A stretch of 64,000 bases of DNA from a bacterium (GTDB lineage Bacteria; RBG-13-61-14; DATKZS01). Positions within the stretch are counted from its first letter, which is position 1. Each line of letters starts with the position of its first letter. The notes under the pieces are model-generated. The model worked only from the letters and a program-made list of their open reading frames with translations. It ran no database searches and was not told the origin of the DNA. The DNA is taken from the NCBI GenBank assembly GCA_963674965.2, contig CAXXFL010000007.1, positions 576,001 through 640,000 on the forward strand, read 5' to 3'. Both the position numbers and the translations under genes were made by a program. Below, in pieces: positions 37,301 to 46,651 of this stretch.

Positions 37301-39735
37301 AAGAATCCGCTGTCCGGCGGGTCTTCCCCCAGGTCGAAAGCCACCGGAGTGGGATAGCTCGAGCTCCATAGCTCGATGGTGACCGTGTCGCTTCCCTCGA
37401 GGTCCGCGTCGGCCAGGGAAAGCCCGGCGTTTTGAGTCCATCCGTAGACATCGTCGCTCCAGAATACGATCCCGTCCGAGGGAAGCGCCACCGCGGCCTG
37501 GCCCTCGTAGGGGTAGGCGTCGTGGGCGGTCACGGTCACGTTGACCGGGTCGGGCCTGATAATGGGGGAGAAGGTCACGGTCACGCTGTCCGCTTGAATA
37601 ATCCCCACGCCCAGCACCACTCCGTCCTGGACCGCGGCCGCCCTGGCGCCCTCGCGGTCGCCGTACACCTTGAGGGACTGGGAGCCGAAGTCCACGGTCG
37701 AGGCGTGGGACACGGTCATCGAGAAGGGCGTGGTGGTCCTCATATACATGAGAGGGTCGCCGAAGTAATGATAGATGCGGAAGGTGTAAAGGGCCTCGTC
37801 GTCCAGGCCCTCGTAGGTCCGAAGGTAGTACTTGGCGAAGTTCATGGCCTCGACGGGCCGAAAGCCTCCCGGGTAGGCGGTCTCCCCGTGGCTTAAGTCA
37901 TACTCCGGCCACATGGAGGTAAAAAGGCCGTGGGTCAGGAGGTCGTTATAGCCCGAGTAGCTGACCCTGTCCGCCGCGATCACGGCCACGGCCCCCCCGC
38001 CGGACTTCTGCAAAAGGGCCTCGGCCAGGCAGTTGGCGTAGTAGTCGAACATCCCCGTCTCGCAATTGATGGAGAAGACCACCGGCGTCATGTCGCCGTT
38101 GGTAAGGGACGAAGTGTTCGAGGTGCTAAGGCGCGGCTGGTCCCAGTAGCGCGCGGCCCCGTGTCCCCTGTGGAAGGCCAGTCCCACTCCGGCGTTGAAC
38201 TGTGTAATGACCTCGGCCGCCGAGGTCGAGTAAGAGGAGATAAGGCTCACGATCTCGGCGGGTATTTCGTCCGGATGGTCCGGCCGGTGGGGGTATCCCA
38301 GGTACAGGTAGGTGGCCGGGTCGCACGAAAGGCCGTCCACGTTGTGAGTGCTGGTAAAGGCGGGGTGGGTGGTCATGCCCGCCGTGTCGCCGTCCAGGAA
38401 ATCCTTGACGTGGGCCGCCGTCTCGAGGAACCACCGGTCGGCGCCGCAGTTAAGGTTTTCGTCCTCCATGTAGGTCGCGATAAGCGCGTCGTCATACCAG
38501 GAGCCCATGTCGGGCCGGCGGTCGTACTTGAGGATTTTATTGACCACGATCGAGCACTGGGCCGCGGTGAGGACGGGTATTCGGCCCGCGTTGATATCCG
38601 GGAAGTAGCCCGCGTCCATGCACGAGTAAGGCAGGTCCGAAATAAAGGACCCCGTGCCCGTGTAGCTGGGCGAGACGACCTGACTCGGGGTCTGGTTGTA
38701 GTCTCCCACCAGAAGAAGATAGGAAGGCGCCGGCGTCCAGGTCTCGTAGGCGTCCCGGATATAGTCCTCCACCTCGTCGGCCGTCGTACCGATCTCGCTC
38801 ATGGCCGCCACCCTGGTCACGTAGCCCTTCAGGGTCGTCCATTCAGCCAGGGGCTCGACGCAGTCAAGGTAGGAATCATGGGCGATGATAAGGTAGTCCG
38901 CCCCGTTCTCCTCGCCCGGGCCGCCGCCGTCAAGACCCGAGAAGTCCAGGCCCGGATCGTCCGAGCCGCCGCTTATCTCGCCTTCCCCGTCCACCCGGAT
39001 AGAGGTGGCGCTTTTCCATCCCCGGGATAAATCCTTGACGTCCTTGTTGGCGTCTTGATAATTGGCGATCGTCCGCTCGCCCAACCGGTTGAAGCTCTCC
39101 GAGAAAAGGCGCGCCTTTTTTATTTCTCCCCCCGGGTCCACGTCGCCCTCGAGTTCGATGGTTATCTCCAGTTCCTCGGCCGCGAAAAGGCGCCCGGACG
39201 AGGGCACGTATCCGATCGGATAGACCTCGACCTCGATCACGCGCCTTCCGCGCATGAAGGAAGGAGAGGACACGGAAAAAGGCTGGGGACGAACAAGCTC
39301 GTCAAGCTCGTAGGCCCGCTCGTCGATGGTGAACTCCGGCCGCTCTCCCGGCTGGTCGATCATGGCCGGCTGGCGGGGAAGTACTTTGTAGCCGGGGCCC
39401 AGGTCGGTCCATTTCTCGGCCGTGACGCGTCCCCTGGGCGCGACGCCGTAGGGTATCTCGAGAAGGACGCTCTTGAAGGGCAGGTCCGGCCCTCCGATCT
39501 CACCGCTTTTTCCCAGGCCCGCAAGGCGGACGTCGTAATAGGACTCGCCGTTTATCTTGATTTCTTTCAAGCTGGGACTTGCCTGGCCCGTCCTTATTAT
39601 GATGGCCTTGTTCCCGTCCTGGCTGACCTGGAGGCCGAAGCCCCGCGCCAAGCCGGGTAAAGCCAGCGCCGCGGCGGACAAGGCCATAATCCAGGTCAGC
39701 CGCCTGGCCAGGCTTGTAACGCGTTCTTCCATCAT
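34342..39735 (-). CDS. Gingipain-like peptidase C25 with propeptide, FN3-like modules and Ca-binding/dockerin-like tail
   Basis: Signal peptide; GGPDLPF propeptide; YLLLVGD, GRIP, FHRGHG (His) and FSINCETG (Cys); two YNVYRA..YYVVRA modules; DSDADG repeats. Confidence 0.87.
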   Translation of the reverse strand: MMEERVTSLARRLTWIMALSAAALALPGLARGFGLQVSQDGNKAIIIRTGQASPSLKEIKINGESYYDVRLAGLGKSGEIGGPDLPFKSVLLEIPYGVAPRGRVTAEKWTDLGPGYKVLPRQPAMIDQPGERPEFTIDERAYELDELVRPQPFSVSSPSFMRGRRVIEVEVYPIGYVPSSGRLFAAEELEITIELEGDVDPGGEIKKARLFSESFNRLGERTIANYQDANKDVKDLSRGWKSATSIRVDGEGEISGGSDDPGLDFSGLDGGGPGEENGADYLIIAHDSYLDCVEPLAEWTTLKGYVTRVAAMSEIGTTADEVEDYIRDAYETWTPAPSYLLLVGDYNQTPSQVVSPSYTGTGSFISDLPYSCMDAGYFPDINAGRIPVLTAAQCSIVVNKILKYDRRPDMGSWYDDALIATYMEDENLNCGADRWFLETAAHVKDFLDGDTAGMTTHPAFTSTHNVDGLSCDPATYLYLGYPHRPDHPDEIPAEIVSLISSYSTSAAEVITQFNAGVGLAFHRGHGAARYWDQPRLSTSNTSSLTNGDMTPVVFSINCETGMFDYYANCLAEALLQKSGGGAVAVIAADRVSYSGYNDLLTHGLFTSMWPEYDLSHGETAYPGGFRPVEAMNFAKYYLRTYEGLDDEALYTFRIYHYFGDPLMYMRTTTPFSMTVSHASTVDFGSQSLKVYGDREGARAAAVQDGVVLGVGIIQADSVTVTFSPIIRPDPVNVTVTAHDAYPYEGQAAVALPSDGIVFWSDDVYGWTQNAGLSLADADLEGSDTVTIELWSSSYPTPVAFDLGEDPPDSGFFSGLPALGVDLLVDDGDTITALYVDADTGDGDTFLPKTDEALVDGAPPVFSGLAQALPSDTVILLDWAPAADDNGPITYNVYRAETSGGQNFLEPLASAGDTAFVDYTAVFCTRYYYVVRAEDRFGQEEGNTVELSTLPHLAGRECTLDAVGNYDSYLHGTVARGNVYTVSQTVELTSVDIRLRENGSLWFFVYENDSVTGEYELIHSNQAPYQGYFPNHSWFNSGDISVTLKKGKRYYIGFAANHWARYYFGGTVPYAETFGVTETGVPENLVSYPPGSTVTINYTSGDSAPFTQRLNVCTGMNRNGYVEWDNFYYGDASEAGLYVEDYDLICTDSLTVDVWSASDPTPIPLSMTEDPAGSGKFLGSLIVGEDLQVANGDTITAMYVDADTGAGDTNAAKHDRAIIDLEPPSFGGIESALPGLNKTFLAWSAASDVNAPITYNVYRAETRGGQDFGDPHAASGQLEMTDTSLTNGQAYFYVVRAMDRFGNEDGNTAQRAAIPSDRQVAYGFYFDSDPGWSVEGQWEFGVPTGQGTGGNGDPTSGYTGDNVYGYNLDGDYPNSMAAVCNLTTGSMDLSNYTSVLLRFQRWMGIDNGAYDGANVRVSSDMSSWSWSWTNPHYVLIDTAWTQADLDIAYYADRKSTVWLRWTMGPTNATDNYFGWNIDDVEVWGVSLSADSDADGVPDETETGIGSNPYHPDSDADGLSDGEEYNSLGTDPTSWDTDGDALPDAFEAANMTGHSQNLDPLDPDDGMGADFDGDGAPNSHEYYNGTGIWTESLAGGTGCLCWADSGDTISADGMISPLDLIALKSRIDLKPASYTGVIPPNGDSQELDMDEIISPLDANVLKQMIAIQGTLSNPSIPVTLELSGDGLRMVEVGSTTRITVGVKNDYPNYTAGIGVIFSIGVGSAGSATLLGGEGSAGVQARYDVSGPIAEGGRSSVVVRVDAAGTIIIDALAPQCGSGGKGRYMDAINAAGVVTIIGVE

Positions 39736-39984
39736 GGAGTCTCCGATGTTTCTGGGTCGTGAACTAAAGCGCGTATTCTAAAGAAGCGGCGCAAACGAGC
39801 GACTCCCCGCGGCCGCCCGACGCGCGAACCATGCCTTTAGATCAGTTTACCACCCGGGATTGGTTATCGCCAGGAAAATTTTGGGGCAAGGGAAGAGGGC
39901 CGGGCCATTGAAACGGCGTTGAAGAGCTCTGGTAATATTATATCTAAATCGATTGTTCCCCAGCGGAGGTTGCCCCGCCTTCGA

Positions 39985-40941
39985 TTATGTCTTCCTGAAA
40001 ACCACGTAAATTACGAATCGCCCATTTTCCTTTTTATGGTAGTAGAGGCGCTTTCCGTCGCGGCTGATACTGGGGGCCTCGACGAAGGTGTGGACGCCCT
40101 CGTCCATGACGGCTAAGACGGCGCGGGGCGCGGCGAAGGGTTGGCCGCCCGCGGAGCGGACGGCGCGCATGATTTTGAACTCCGGGCGGGAGGGCCGGGA
40201 GAGGTCGAGCCTGGTGAAGAACAGCTCGAGTCCGTCGGCGGAGATGGACGGCGCGTACTCGAGGTCCCTGGTGTTGATCGCGGCCATGAGCTCCTTTTCA
40301 TTGGGCGGAGTCACGAACCGGTCTCCCTCCCGGACGGCGACCCGCAGGTCCGACTCGCGGGGCGGTCCCTTGTAGAGGGGGAAGGCGGCGCTCGAGAGAT
40401 AAAGGGTTTGGCCGGCGGGGTCCACTTCCACGTCCATGGTAACCTTGCCCCACTTCCGGACGTAAAAATCTCCCCGGACCGGCGAGGCGTTTTTCACCTC
40501 TCCATTATCGAACTCGCCCGCGTATATGGTCTCGTAAGTTTTGCCGATGGGGTTATAGGAGCGGAGAGTGGTGAAGTAGAACCGATCGTTCTCATCGAGA
40601 CTGGCCACGGCGTCGAGTTTCTCCGAGTTGGCGCCGCCCACCTCTCCCATGAACTTAAAGGTTACGTGGTCGATCTTCTTCGCGTAATGAAGATTGGTAT
40701 TGACGCCGGGGTCGTTGGAGTCGTTGAAGAAGAGGAAGCGTTCGTCCCGGGAGATGAAGGGATCCATGGCGTCTCCCTGGTATCCCTCGATCCTGACCCG
40801 GGTGGGATTTTCAAACTCACGGTGGCGGGGATTGGCGGCCAAAGTCGAAATTTTCGCGAGCAAGAGGACCGTCAGGGCCAAGGCGCCCGTAAGGGCCGGC
40901 GTGATCTTTATCGACGCGACAATCTTGTCGGAACCGTTCAT
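39985..40941 (-). CDS. Secreted WD40-like (PD40/TolB-type) beta-propeller protein
   Basis: Repeated PFISRDERFLFF, APSISADGLELFFT, APSISRDGKRLYYH. Confidence 0.7.
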   Translation of the reverse strand: MNGSDKIVASIKITPALTGALALTVLLLAKISTLAANPRHREFENPTRVRIEGYQGDAMDPFISRDERFLFFNDSNDPGVNTNLHYAKKIDHVTFKFMGEVGGANSEKLDAVASLDENDRFYFTTLRSYNPIGKTYETIYAGEFDNGEVKNASPVRGDFYVRKWGKVTMDVEVDPAGQTLYLSSAAFPLYKGPPRESDLRVAVREGDRFVTPPNEKELMAAINTRDLEYAPSISADGLELFFTRLDLSRPSRPEFKIMRAVRSAGGQPFAAPRAVLAVMDEGVHTFVEAPSISRDGKRLYYHKKENGRFVIYVVFRKT

Positions 40942-40999
40942 TCGCGTACCCCGCCGGCTTGTTTAAACCACTTCCCTCCAGACGACTAGGCGCGTGACC

Positions 41000-41830
41000 C
41001 TAATCGATATCCACGTGGCCGCCTACGCGCTCGATCATGTCGCCGATGAAGGTCTCATTATCGATCCTGACCTGGATGGCCTTGTTCGGGCACCTCTCGA
41101 CGCAGCGTCCGCAGTGGCGGCACTTGTCGCTTATCCTGGCCCGCCCGTCCTCGATACTCATGGCCTCGAAGATGCAAAAGCCCTGGTCCACGCACTCTCC
41201 GCATCCGACGCAGTCGTCGGTGACCTCGACGGTCACGCCGGGCATGCCCATCAGCTTGTCCGCAATAAGGTCGGGCAGATAGGGCGTCATCCTGGTTATG
41301 CAGCAGCAGGGGCAGCAGTTGCACACGGTGAGGAGTTTCTCGCCCGGACCTATGTCCAGCCATACCGTGTCGGTCTTGCTCTTGCCGATCACGTGGACCA
41401 TGCCCGCCTCCCGGCACTTGCGAACGTGCTCCTTGGCCTCCTCGGCCGTGGCCGGGCGGCAAAGGTCCGGGTGGATGCCCCTGGCCGCCTCACCCATGAA
41501 CACGCATCCAAGGTCCCTGGGGTAATCCTTACACTCCATGGACTCGCGGCACATGCAAAAGTTCATGATCGCTATGTAGCCGGCCCGGTCGATAAAATGA
41601 TCGACCACCTGGGAGGGTAACACCACGTTGTCCTGCCCGGCGGCCGACTCCCCGATCCGGATCACCCCGTCCTTGGGAAGGCAGAACATGTTGTCGCCGT
41701 CAAAGAACCACTTGTCGATCTTCCTGGCCACGGCCGGGTACTTCTCGATGGGGTTCCCGTGGTACAGCTTCCTTGGAAAGGTTAGCTGAAAGAACTTGAC
41801 CCTGAGTTTTCTCAAATCCATCGTATTCAT
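41000..41830 (-). CDS. 4Fe-4S binding protein
   Basis: CMCR..C, CNCCPCCC, CVGCGEC and CRHCGRCVERCP. Confidence 0.85.
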   Translation of the reverse strand: MNTMDLRKLRVKFFQLTFPRKLYHGNPIEKYPAVARKIDKWFFDGDNMFCLPKDGVIRIGESAAGQDNVVLPSQVVDHFIDRAGYIAIMNFCMCRESMECKDYPRDLGCVFMGEAARGIHPDLCRPATAEEAKEHVRKCREAGMVHVIGKSKTDTVWLDIGPGEKLLTVCNCCPCCCITRMTPYLPDLIADKLMGMPGVTVEVTDDCVGCGECVDQGFCIFEAMSIEDGRARISDKCRHCGRCVERCPNKAIQVRIDNETFIGDMIERVGGHVDID

Positions 41831-41927
41831 CCCCTTCGATTTTCCCCGGATGGCGTCGCTTCACGGCTCCATTAAACGGTGATCATAGTCCGAACGGCCG
41901 CGAGGGGCAAGGCGCCTCCCGGCCAAT

Positions 41928-41954
41928 TAAAGTTTGGTCCATAAGGGCCGATAA
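41928..41954 (+). promoter_or_regulatory. Sigma28 (FliA) promoter
   Basis: TAAAGTTT-N11-GCCGATAA, matching the FliA consensus, upstream of flagellin. Confidence 0.88.
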
Positions 41955-42012
41955 GTAGTGTGTAGACAACGTGACGCCGGGATTCATAAGAACGGCGGAT
42001 TGGAGGAAGAAA

Positions 42013-42879
42013 ATGAGCATGGTAATCATGAACAACGTGGCCTCGATAAACGCCCAAAGGCGAGTCAACGACGCCCATCAGCAGGTTAACAAGACCCTTT
42101 CCAAGCTCAGCTCGGGCCTTCGGGTAGTGACCGCCGGAGACGACGCGGCGGGCCTGGCCATCAGCGAGGATATAAGGGCCGACGTGGCCAGCTCGGAGCA
42201 GTCCACCCGCAACGCCAAGGACGGAATAAGCATGCTCCAGATAGCGGAGGGCGCGCTCAACGAGGTGAACTCGAGACTCATCCGGCTGCGCGAGCTGACC
42301 ATGCAGTCCAATAACGATACCCTCGGGGACGAACAGCGCGACATGATCCAGAGCGAGGTGGACGCCCTGGTGAGCGAGATCGAGCGGATCGGCCAATCGA
42401 CCGATTTCAACGGGGTCCAGCTCATGGGGCACGCCGCGGGCACGATGGTGGACGTCGAGTTCCAGATCGGAAACGGGACCGAGGCCGCCGACAAGTTCCA
42501 GGTGACCATGAAGACGATCATGGACCTTATGGATATGGGGGTCTCCGCGCTGAACGTAGGCGGCTCGAGCGTTCAGGCGGACAGGGAAAACGCGCTCACC
42601 ACCATTGACCGGGCCATCGACTGGACCGTCGATTTCAGGGGAGATTTGGGAGCGGCCATGAACTCCCTCGAGACGGCCATCAGCAACATCGGGATTTCCA
42701 TCGAGAACAACATGGCCGCCGAGTCCCGCATACGGGACGCCGACGTGGCCCGCGAGTCATCGCGCATGATCAAGTACCAGATCATCGAGCAGGCGGGAAC
42801 AGCCACCCTCAGCCAGGCCAACGCCAACCCGCAAATGGCCCTCTCCCTCCTGCAGAGCGCGAGCAATCGGAACAGATAA
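42013..42879 (+). CDS. fliC: Flagellin
   Basis: [50 protein letters not shown] before ATG at 42013. Confidence 0.93.
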   Translation: MSMVIMNNVASINAQRRVNDAHQQVNKTLSKLSSGLRVVTAGDDAAGLAISEDIRADVASSEQSTRNAKDGISMLQIAEGALNEVNSRLIRLRELTMQSNNDTLGDEQRDMIQSEVDALVSEIERIGQSTDFNGVQLMGHAAGTMVDVEFQIGNGTEAADKFQVTMKTIMDLMDMGVSALNVGGSSVQADRENALTTIDRAIDWTVDFRGDLGAAMNSLETAISNIGISIENNMAAESRIRDADVARESSRMIKYQIIEQAGTATLSQANANPQMALSLLQSASNRNR

Positions 42880-42904
42880 TTACCGGTCGCAAGATCGTTC
42901 GCAT

Positions 42905-42937
42905 AAAAGGGACCTCGCAAGGGGTTCCTTGTCGTTT
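42905..42937 (+). terminator. Flagellin terminator hairpin (group IIC intron target)
   Basis: AAGGGACCTC-GCAA-GGGGTTCCTT hairpin immediately before the intron 5' end. Confidence 0.7.
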
Positions 42938-44038
42938 GTGCGCCCGGCAGGGCGCACCCACTTGAAGGTGAAAGTCCTTTGCAGGCCCGACAGGGGGAAC
43001 TGCTAACCGGACGGCAAGGGCGTCCGTCGCGAGGCGGAGTCTGAAGGGAGCCGAAGGCAAAACACTGGCCCGACGGACAGAAATCGCATACGAGGCGGGC
43101 ATGTCGGATGAGGAGGCAAATATCTCTAAAGTCCGATACCTGTACGGAAGGCATGCTCGTATAGCCCGCAAGGTAGGCGACAAGCGGGTGCTCAGGCTTA
43201 TCCGTCGTTATCTCCAGGCGGGGATGATGGACACCGGCCTCGTGCATCCGCGCACCGAGGGCACACCGCAGGGCGGCCCCCTGTCTCCGCTCCTTTCCAA
43301 CGTCCTTCTGGACGACCTGGACAAGGAGTTGGAGCGGCGCGGTCACCGCTTCTGCCGTTACGCGGACGACTGCAACATTTATATTCGGACCGAGCGCGGC
43401 GGCGAGCGTGTGACGTCCTCGATCACGGCCTTCCTCGGCAAGCGTCTCATACTGAAGGTCAACGCGGATAAAAGCGCGGTTGGCCGGCCTTGGAACCGCA
43501 AGTTCCTCGGCTACAGCTTGACGAGCGAGAAAGAGCCGCGCCTGAAAGTTGCGCCTGAATCGGTGGAGCGTTTCAGAGGCAAGCTCAAGGTCTTGTTCAG
43601 GCAAGGTCGCGGGCGCAACCTTGGCCGCTTCATTCAAGAGTATCTCGCCCCGGTTCTCCGCGGCTGGATCAATTATTACCGGTTGGCAAGAGTGAAAATC
43701 GTCTTCGATGAACTGGACCAGTGGATCAGACATCGCCTCAGATGCATCCTCTGGCGTCAGTGGAAGCGGAACTGCACCCGCGCTAAGAACCTGATGCAAC
43801 TTGGGTTAAGTGAGGAACGCGCTTGGCGCTCGGCCACCAACGGACGCGGTCCCTGGTGGAACTCCGGAGCGTCACACATGAACCAAGCCTTGCCCAAGAG
43901 GTACTTTGACTCGCTTGGTCTCGTGTCGTTGCTTGGTCAATTCAAGCGATTTTGATGTATCATATGAACCGCCGTATACGGAACCGTACGTACGGTGGCG
44001 TGAGAGGACGGGGGAGGCGACTCCCCCTCCTACTCGAT
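42938..44038 (+). mobile_element. Group II intron, class IIC, internally deleted (1101 bp)
   Basis: 5' GTGCGCCCGGCA; domain V GAACCGCCGTATACGGAACCGTACGTACGGTGG with CGC triad; domain VI ending ...CTACTCGAT; inserted right after a terminator hairpin. Confidence 0.92.
43150..43955 (+). pseudogene. ltrA: 5'-truncated group II intron reverse transcriptase/maturase
   Basis: [23 protein letters not shown] and GWINYY present; N-terminal RT0-RT3 blocks absent. Confidence 0.85.
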
Positions 44039-44719
44039 TCTTTCTCGTAAGCCGGCGCGCGAGGATGGTGGGGACGCGGAGTCTCCGGCCTGGACGCCCG
44101 TGGGTTGGTCGTCATCGGGCGCGTCTTCCTCTTTCTCCGGGGGCTGGGCCTTGATGAGGTTGGTCAGGTAATCGACCACCGACTGGTCGCCCCAGTCGGC
44201 GGCGCCCATGATTTTATTGTCCACCGTGCCGTCGGGGGCGATGATAAAGGTGGTGGGAGTGGCGTAGACGCCGAAACGCATGGCGGCGGCCCCGTCGGGG
44301 TCCAGCAGGATATCGACGTTAATGTTGTGCCTCGCCGCGGCCTTCTCGACCGAGTCGCGCGGGTCGGGCGTAATGGCCAGAATCTGGAAGGGCTGGCCGG
44401 CCATCTTCCGGTTCAATTCCTCGAACGCGGGCATCTCCAGGATGCAGGGGAAGCATGAGGTGCTCCAGAAATTGATTACCACCGCCTTGCCCCGAAGGTC
44501 GGACATGCTGATTTTGCCGCCGTCAAGGGTCTGCAAGGTGAAATTAGGCGCCGGGGCCTTCGAGCCTGGCCCCGCGGCAGGACCGTCCGGGGCGTACATG
44601 TCCCCTCCCGCATCTGGAAGAGGAGGCGGAGGGGGCTCGGGATTGCCGGACACGGCAAGATATACCAGTGCTCCAAGGCATAAAACAATTACGCCCATTA
44701 AAAAGGCTTGTTTATTCAT
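44030..44719 (-). CDS. TlpA/ResA-family thiol-disulfide oxidoreductase
   Basis: N-terminal TM, APNFTL, NFWSTSCFPCILEMP (CxxC), TPTTFII. Confidence 0.9.
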   Translation of the reverse strand: MNKQAFLMGVIVLCLGALVYLAVSGNPEPPPPPLPDAGGDMYAPDGPAAGPGSKAPAPNFTLQTLDGGKISMSDLRGKAVVINFWSTSCFPCILEMPAFEELNRKMAGQPFQILAITPDPRDSVEKAAARHNINVDILLDPDGAAAMRFGVYATPTTFIIAPDGTVDNKIMGAADWGDQSVVDYLTNLIKAQPPEKEEDAPDDDQPTGVQAGDSASPPSSRAGLRERIE

Positions 44720-44740
44720 TCAACTCCTCTGGTCGGAAAA

Positions 44741-45262
44741 TCACTTATCATATTGTAGGATGGAAAAAACGGAATTTGGTTCCAATTTTTCTCTGCCCTT
44801 CAGGAAATCGAGCTCGATCAAAAAGGCCAGTTCCATTACCTCGGCCCCGCATTGCTTGACCAGGTCGATGGCCGCCTTGGCGGTCCCGCCCGTGGCCAGG
44901 AGGTCGTCCACTATCACGACAAGGTCGCCGGGATCGACCGCGTCGCGGTGCATCTGCACCTCGTCCGTGCCGTACTCTAGCTCGTAGGTGGAACTTACCG
45001 TCTTGTAGGGAAGCTTTCCTTTCTTGCGGATGGGCACGAGCCCTACTCCCAGCCGGTATGCAAGGGCCGCGCCGAAGATGAAGCCCCTCGCGTCGATCGC
45101 CACTATGCGAGACGGGTTCCGTCCCTCGTAGCGCTCCGCCAGGATATCGATGACCTTGGTGAAGGCCTCGGGATCGCCCAGAAGAGTGGTGATATCGTAG
45201 AAAAGAATTCCCTCTTTAGGGAAATTGGGGATCGAGCGAACGGTCTTTTTCAGGTCTTCCAT
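44741..45262 (-). CDS. apt: Adenine phosphoribosyltransferase
   Basis: PNFPKEGILFYDITTLL, ARGFIFG, RKKGKLP, VDDLLATGGT; GGAGG before ATG at 45262. Confidence 0.95.
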   Translation of the reverse strand: MEDLKKTVRSIPNFPKEGILFYDITTLLGDPEAFTKVIDILAERYEGRNPSRIVAIDARGFIFGAALAYRLGVGLVPIRKKGKLPYKTVSSTYELEYGTDEVQMHRDAVDPGDLVVIVDDLLATGGTAKAAIDLVKQCGAEVMELAFLIELDFLKGREKLEPNSVFSILQYDK

Positions 45263-45363
45263 GATTACCTCCATTGGCAGATTGATTACTGATTTCCGAG
45301 AGCCAATATCATACCCCATTTAACAAGCGTTACAAAACCCCGGCGGCCATTATTTTTATAAAT

Positions 45364-45549
45364 GAGCCTCTTGCAAAATTCCCGCTTTGGAGTGCGGCGG
45401 CTCGACGCCGCTTTTCTTCCGAGCGGCTTGACGCGAGGCAAGCCAGCGTATTAATAGGCCTTGTCAAGCCAAGGCCATCGAAAGCGGTCTCAAGCGACCG
45501 CACTCCAAAGCGGCTATGCCGCAAAGAAAAGGACTTTTGCAAGAGACTC
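45364..45549 (+). mobile_element. 186-bp MITE/REPIN-like element, copy 2
   Basis: Same length and near-identical sequence to 10811-10996, with the same nested IRs. Confidence 0.85.
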
Positions 45550-45610
45550 ACAAATATTACAAACGGCCCGGACTTGCAATAAGTTCGGGCCGCATCGCTG
45601 AAAGATCGAG

Positions 45611-46564
45611 TTACGGCAGATAAAGCTCGGGGTCCACCGGCTGTTCCCCGTACCTGACCTCGAAATGGAGGTGGGGCGTCGAGGCCTTGCCCGTCTGGCC
45701 CACCTTGGCTATCTTCCGTCCTCGTTTTACCAGTTCGTCCTGCTTGACCAGGTTGGCCTTGTTATGGGCGTAAACCGTGGCCAGGTTGCCCGCGTGCTTG
45801 ATGATGACCACGTTGCCGTAACCCCGAAGTTCTCCCACGTAGACCACCTTGCCGTCGTCGGCCGCCAGGATGGGCGTTCCCTCTTCGGCCAGAATATCCA
45901 CGCCCTCGTGCATCTTCCCGTTCCGGGGTCCGAAGCGTGAAGACATCTGGCCGCCAGGAATGGGATAAAGCAGGGTCCCCTTCGTCTTGGAAGGATCGAT
46001 GTTCGGTACGACCGTGGGGGTTGGAGAATAATCGCTTTTGCTCTGACTGGCCGTGGTGGCCTGCACCGCCATGACCTCGGCCGCTCCGGGTATCCAGATT
46101 CTTTGCCCGACCTCGATGGCGGTCGGATCGTCCAGGTCGTTGGCCCGGACCACCTTGGCCAGGTCCGCCCCGTAGGTCTGGCAGATGCGCCATAGGGTCT
46201 CGCCCTTCTTGACGGTGTGGTAAACGCCATCGCCCGACTTCTCCCGAACGGGCCGATAGGTCACCGCGTCCTCATCCTTGTCCCGCCGGGGGGAGCGCCT
46301 GGTCCTTGTCTCCGAGTCGCCTCCCCGGTCGGGGCGCTCTCGGTTCAGATAGTCCCTGGCCTTTTCCCCGCGCAGTTTCGAGCGACACAGAAGACCGCAA
46401 TCGTTTCCCGGGTCCTGGGTCGAGATATCGGATTCAGTGACTCTGGACGAGTCGGTCGCGGCTAAAGTCTGATTCCTTGGCGCCCGCTTGACGCACGCCA
46501 TAGGCATGAGGGCAAGGCAGATGACAAAGATAAAAGATTTCCGCTTATAACAACTTTCGAGCAT
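45611..46564 (-). CDS. nlpD: LysM plus M23 peptidase lipoprotein (NlpD-like)
   Basis: HTVKKGETLWRI LysM; HEGVD and HLHFEVR M23 motifs; surE-pcm context. Confidence 0.85.
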   Translation of the reverse strand: MLESCYKRKSFIFVICLALMPMACVKRAPRNQTLAATDSSRVTESDISTQDPGNDCGLLCRSKLRGEKARDYLNRERPDRGGDSETRTRRSPRRDKDEDAVTYRPVREKSGDGVYHTVKKGETLWRICQTYGADLAKVVRANDLDDPTAIEVGQRIWIPGAAEVMAVQATTASQSKSDYSPTPTVVPNIDPSKTKGTLLYPIPGGQMSSRFGPRNGKMHEGVDILAEEGTPILAADDGKVVYVGELRGYGNVVIIKHAGNLATVYAHNKANLVKQDELVKRGRKIAKVGQTGKASTPHLHFEVRYGEQPVDPELYLP

Positions 46565-46651
46565 GTCGCGTCTCCCATAAAGAACAAGCTTTCATCTTCA
46601 AAATATTATTTTACACCCTGAAAGACGAAATGTCCACGATAAAATCACGCC

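Noticed and set aside
43101-43955. RT as part of a retron, DGR or defence RT system
   Set aside because: It is enclosed by a group II intron 5' end and domains V/VI, and has the maturase domain; no template/variable repeats were seen.
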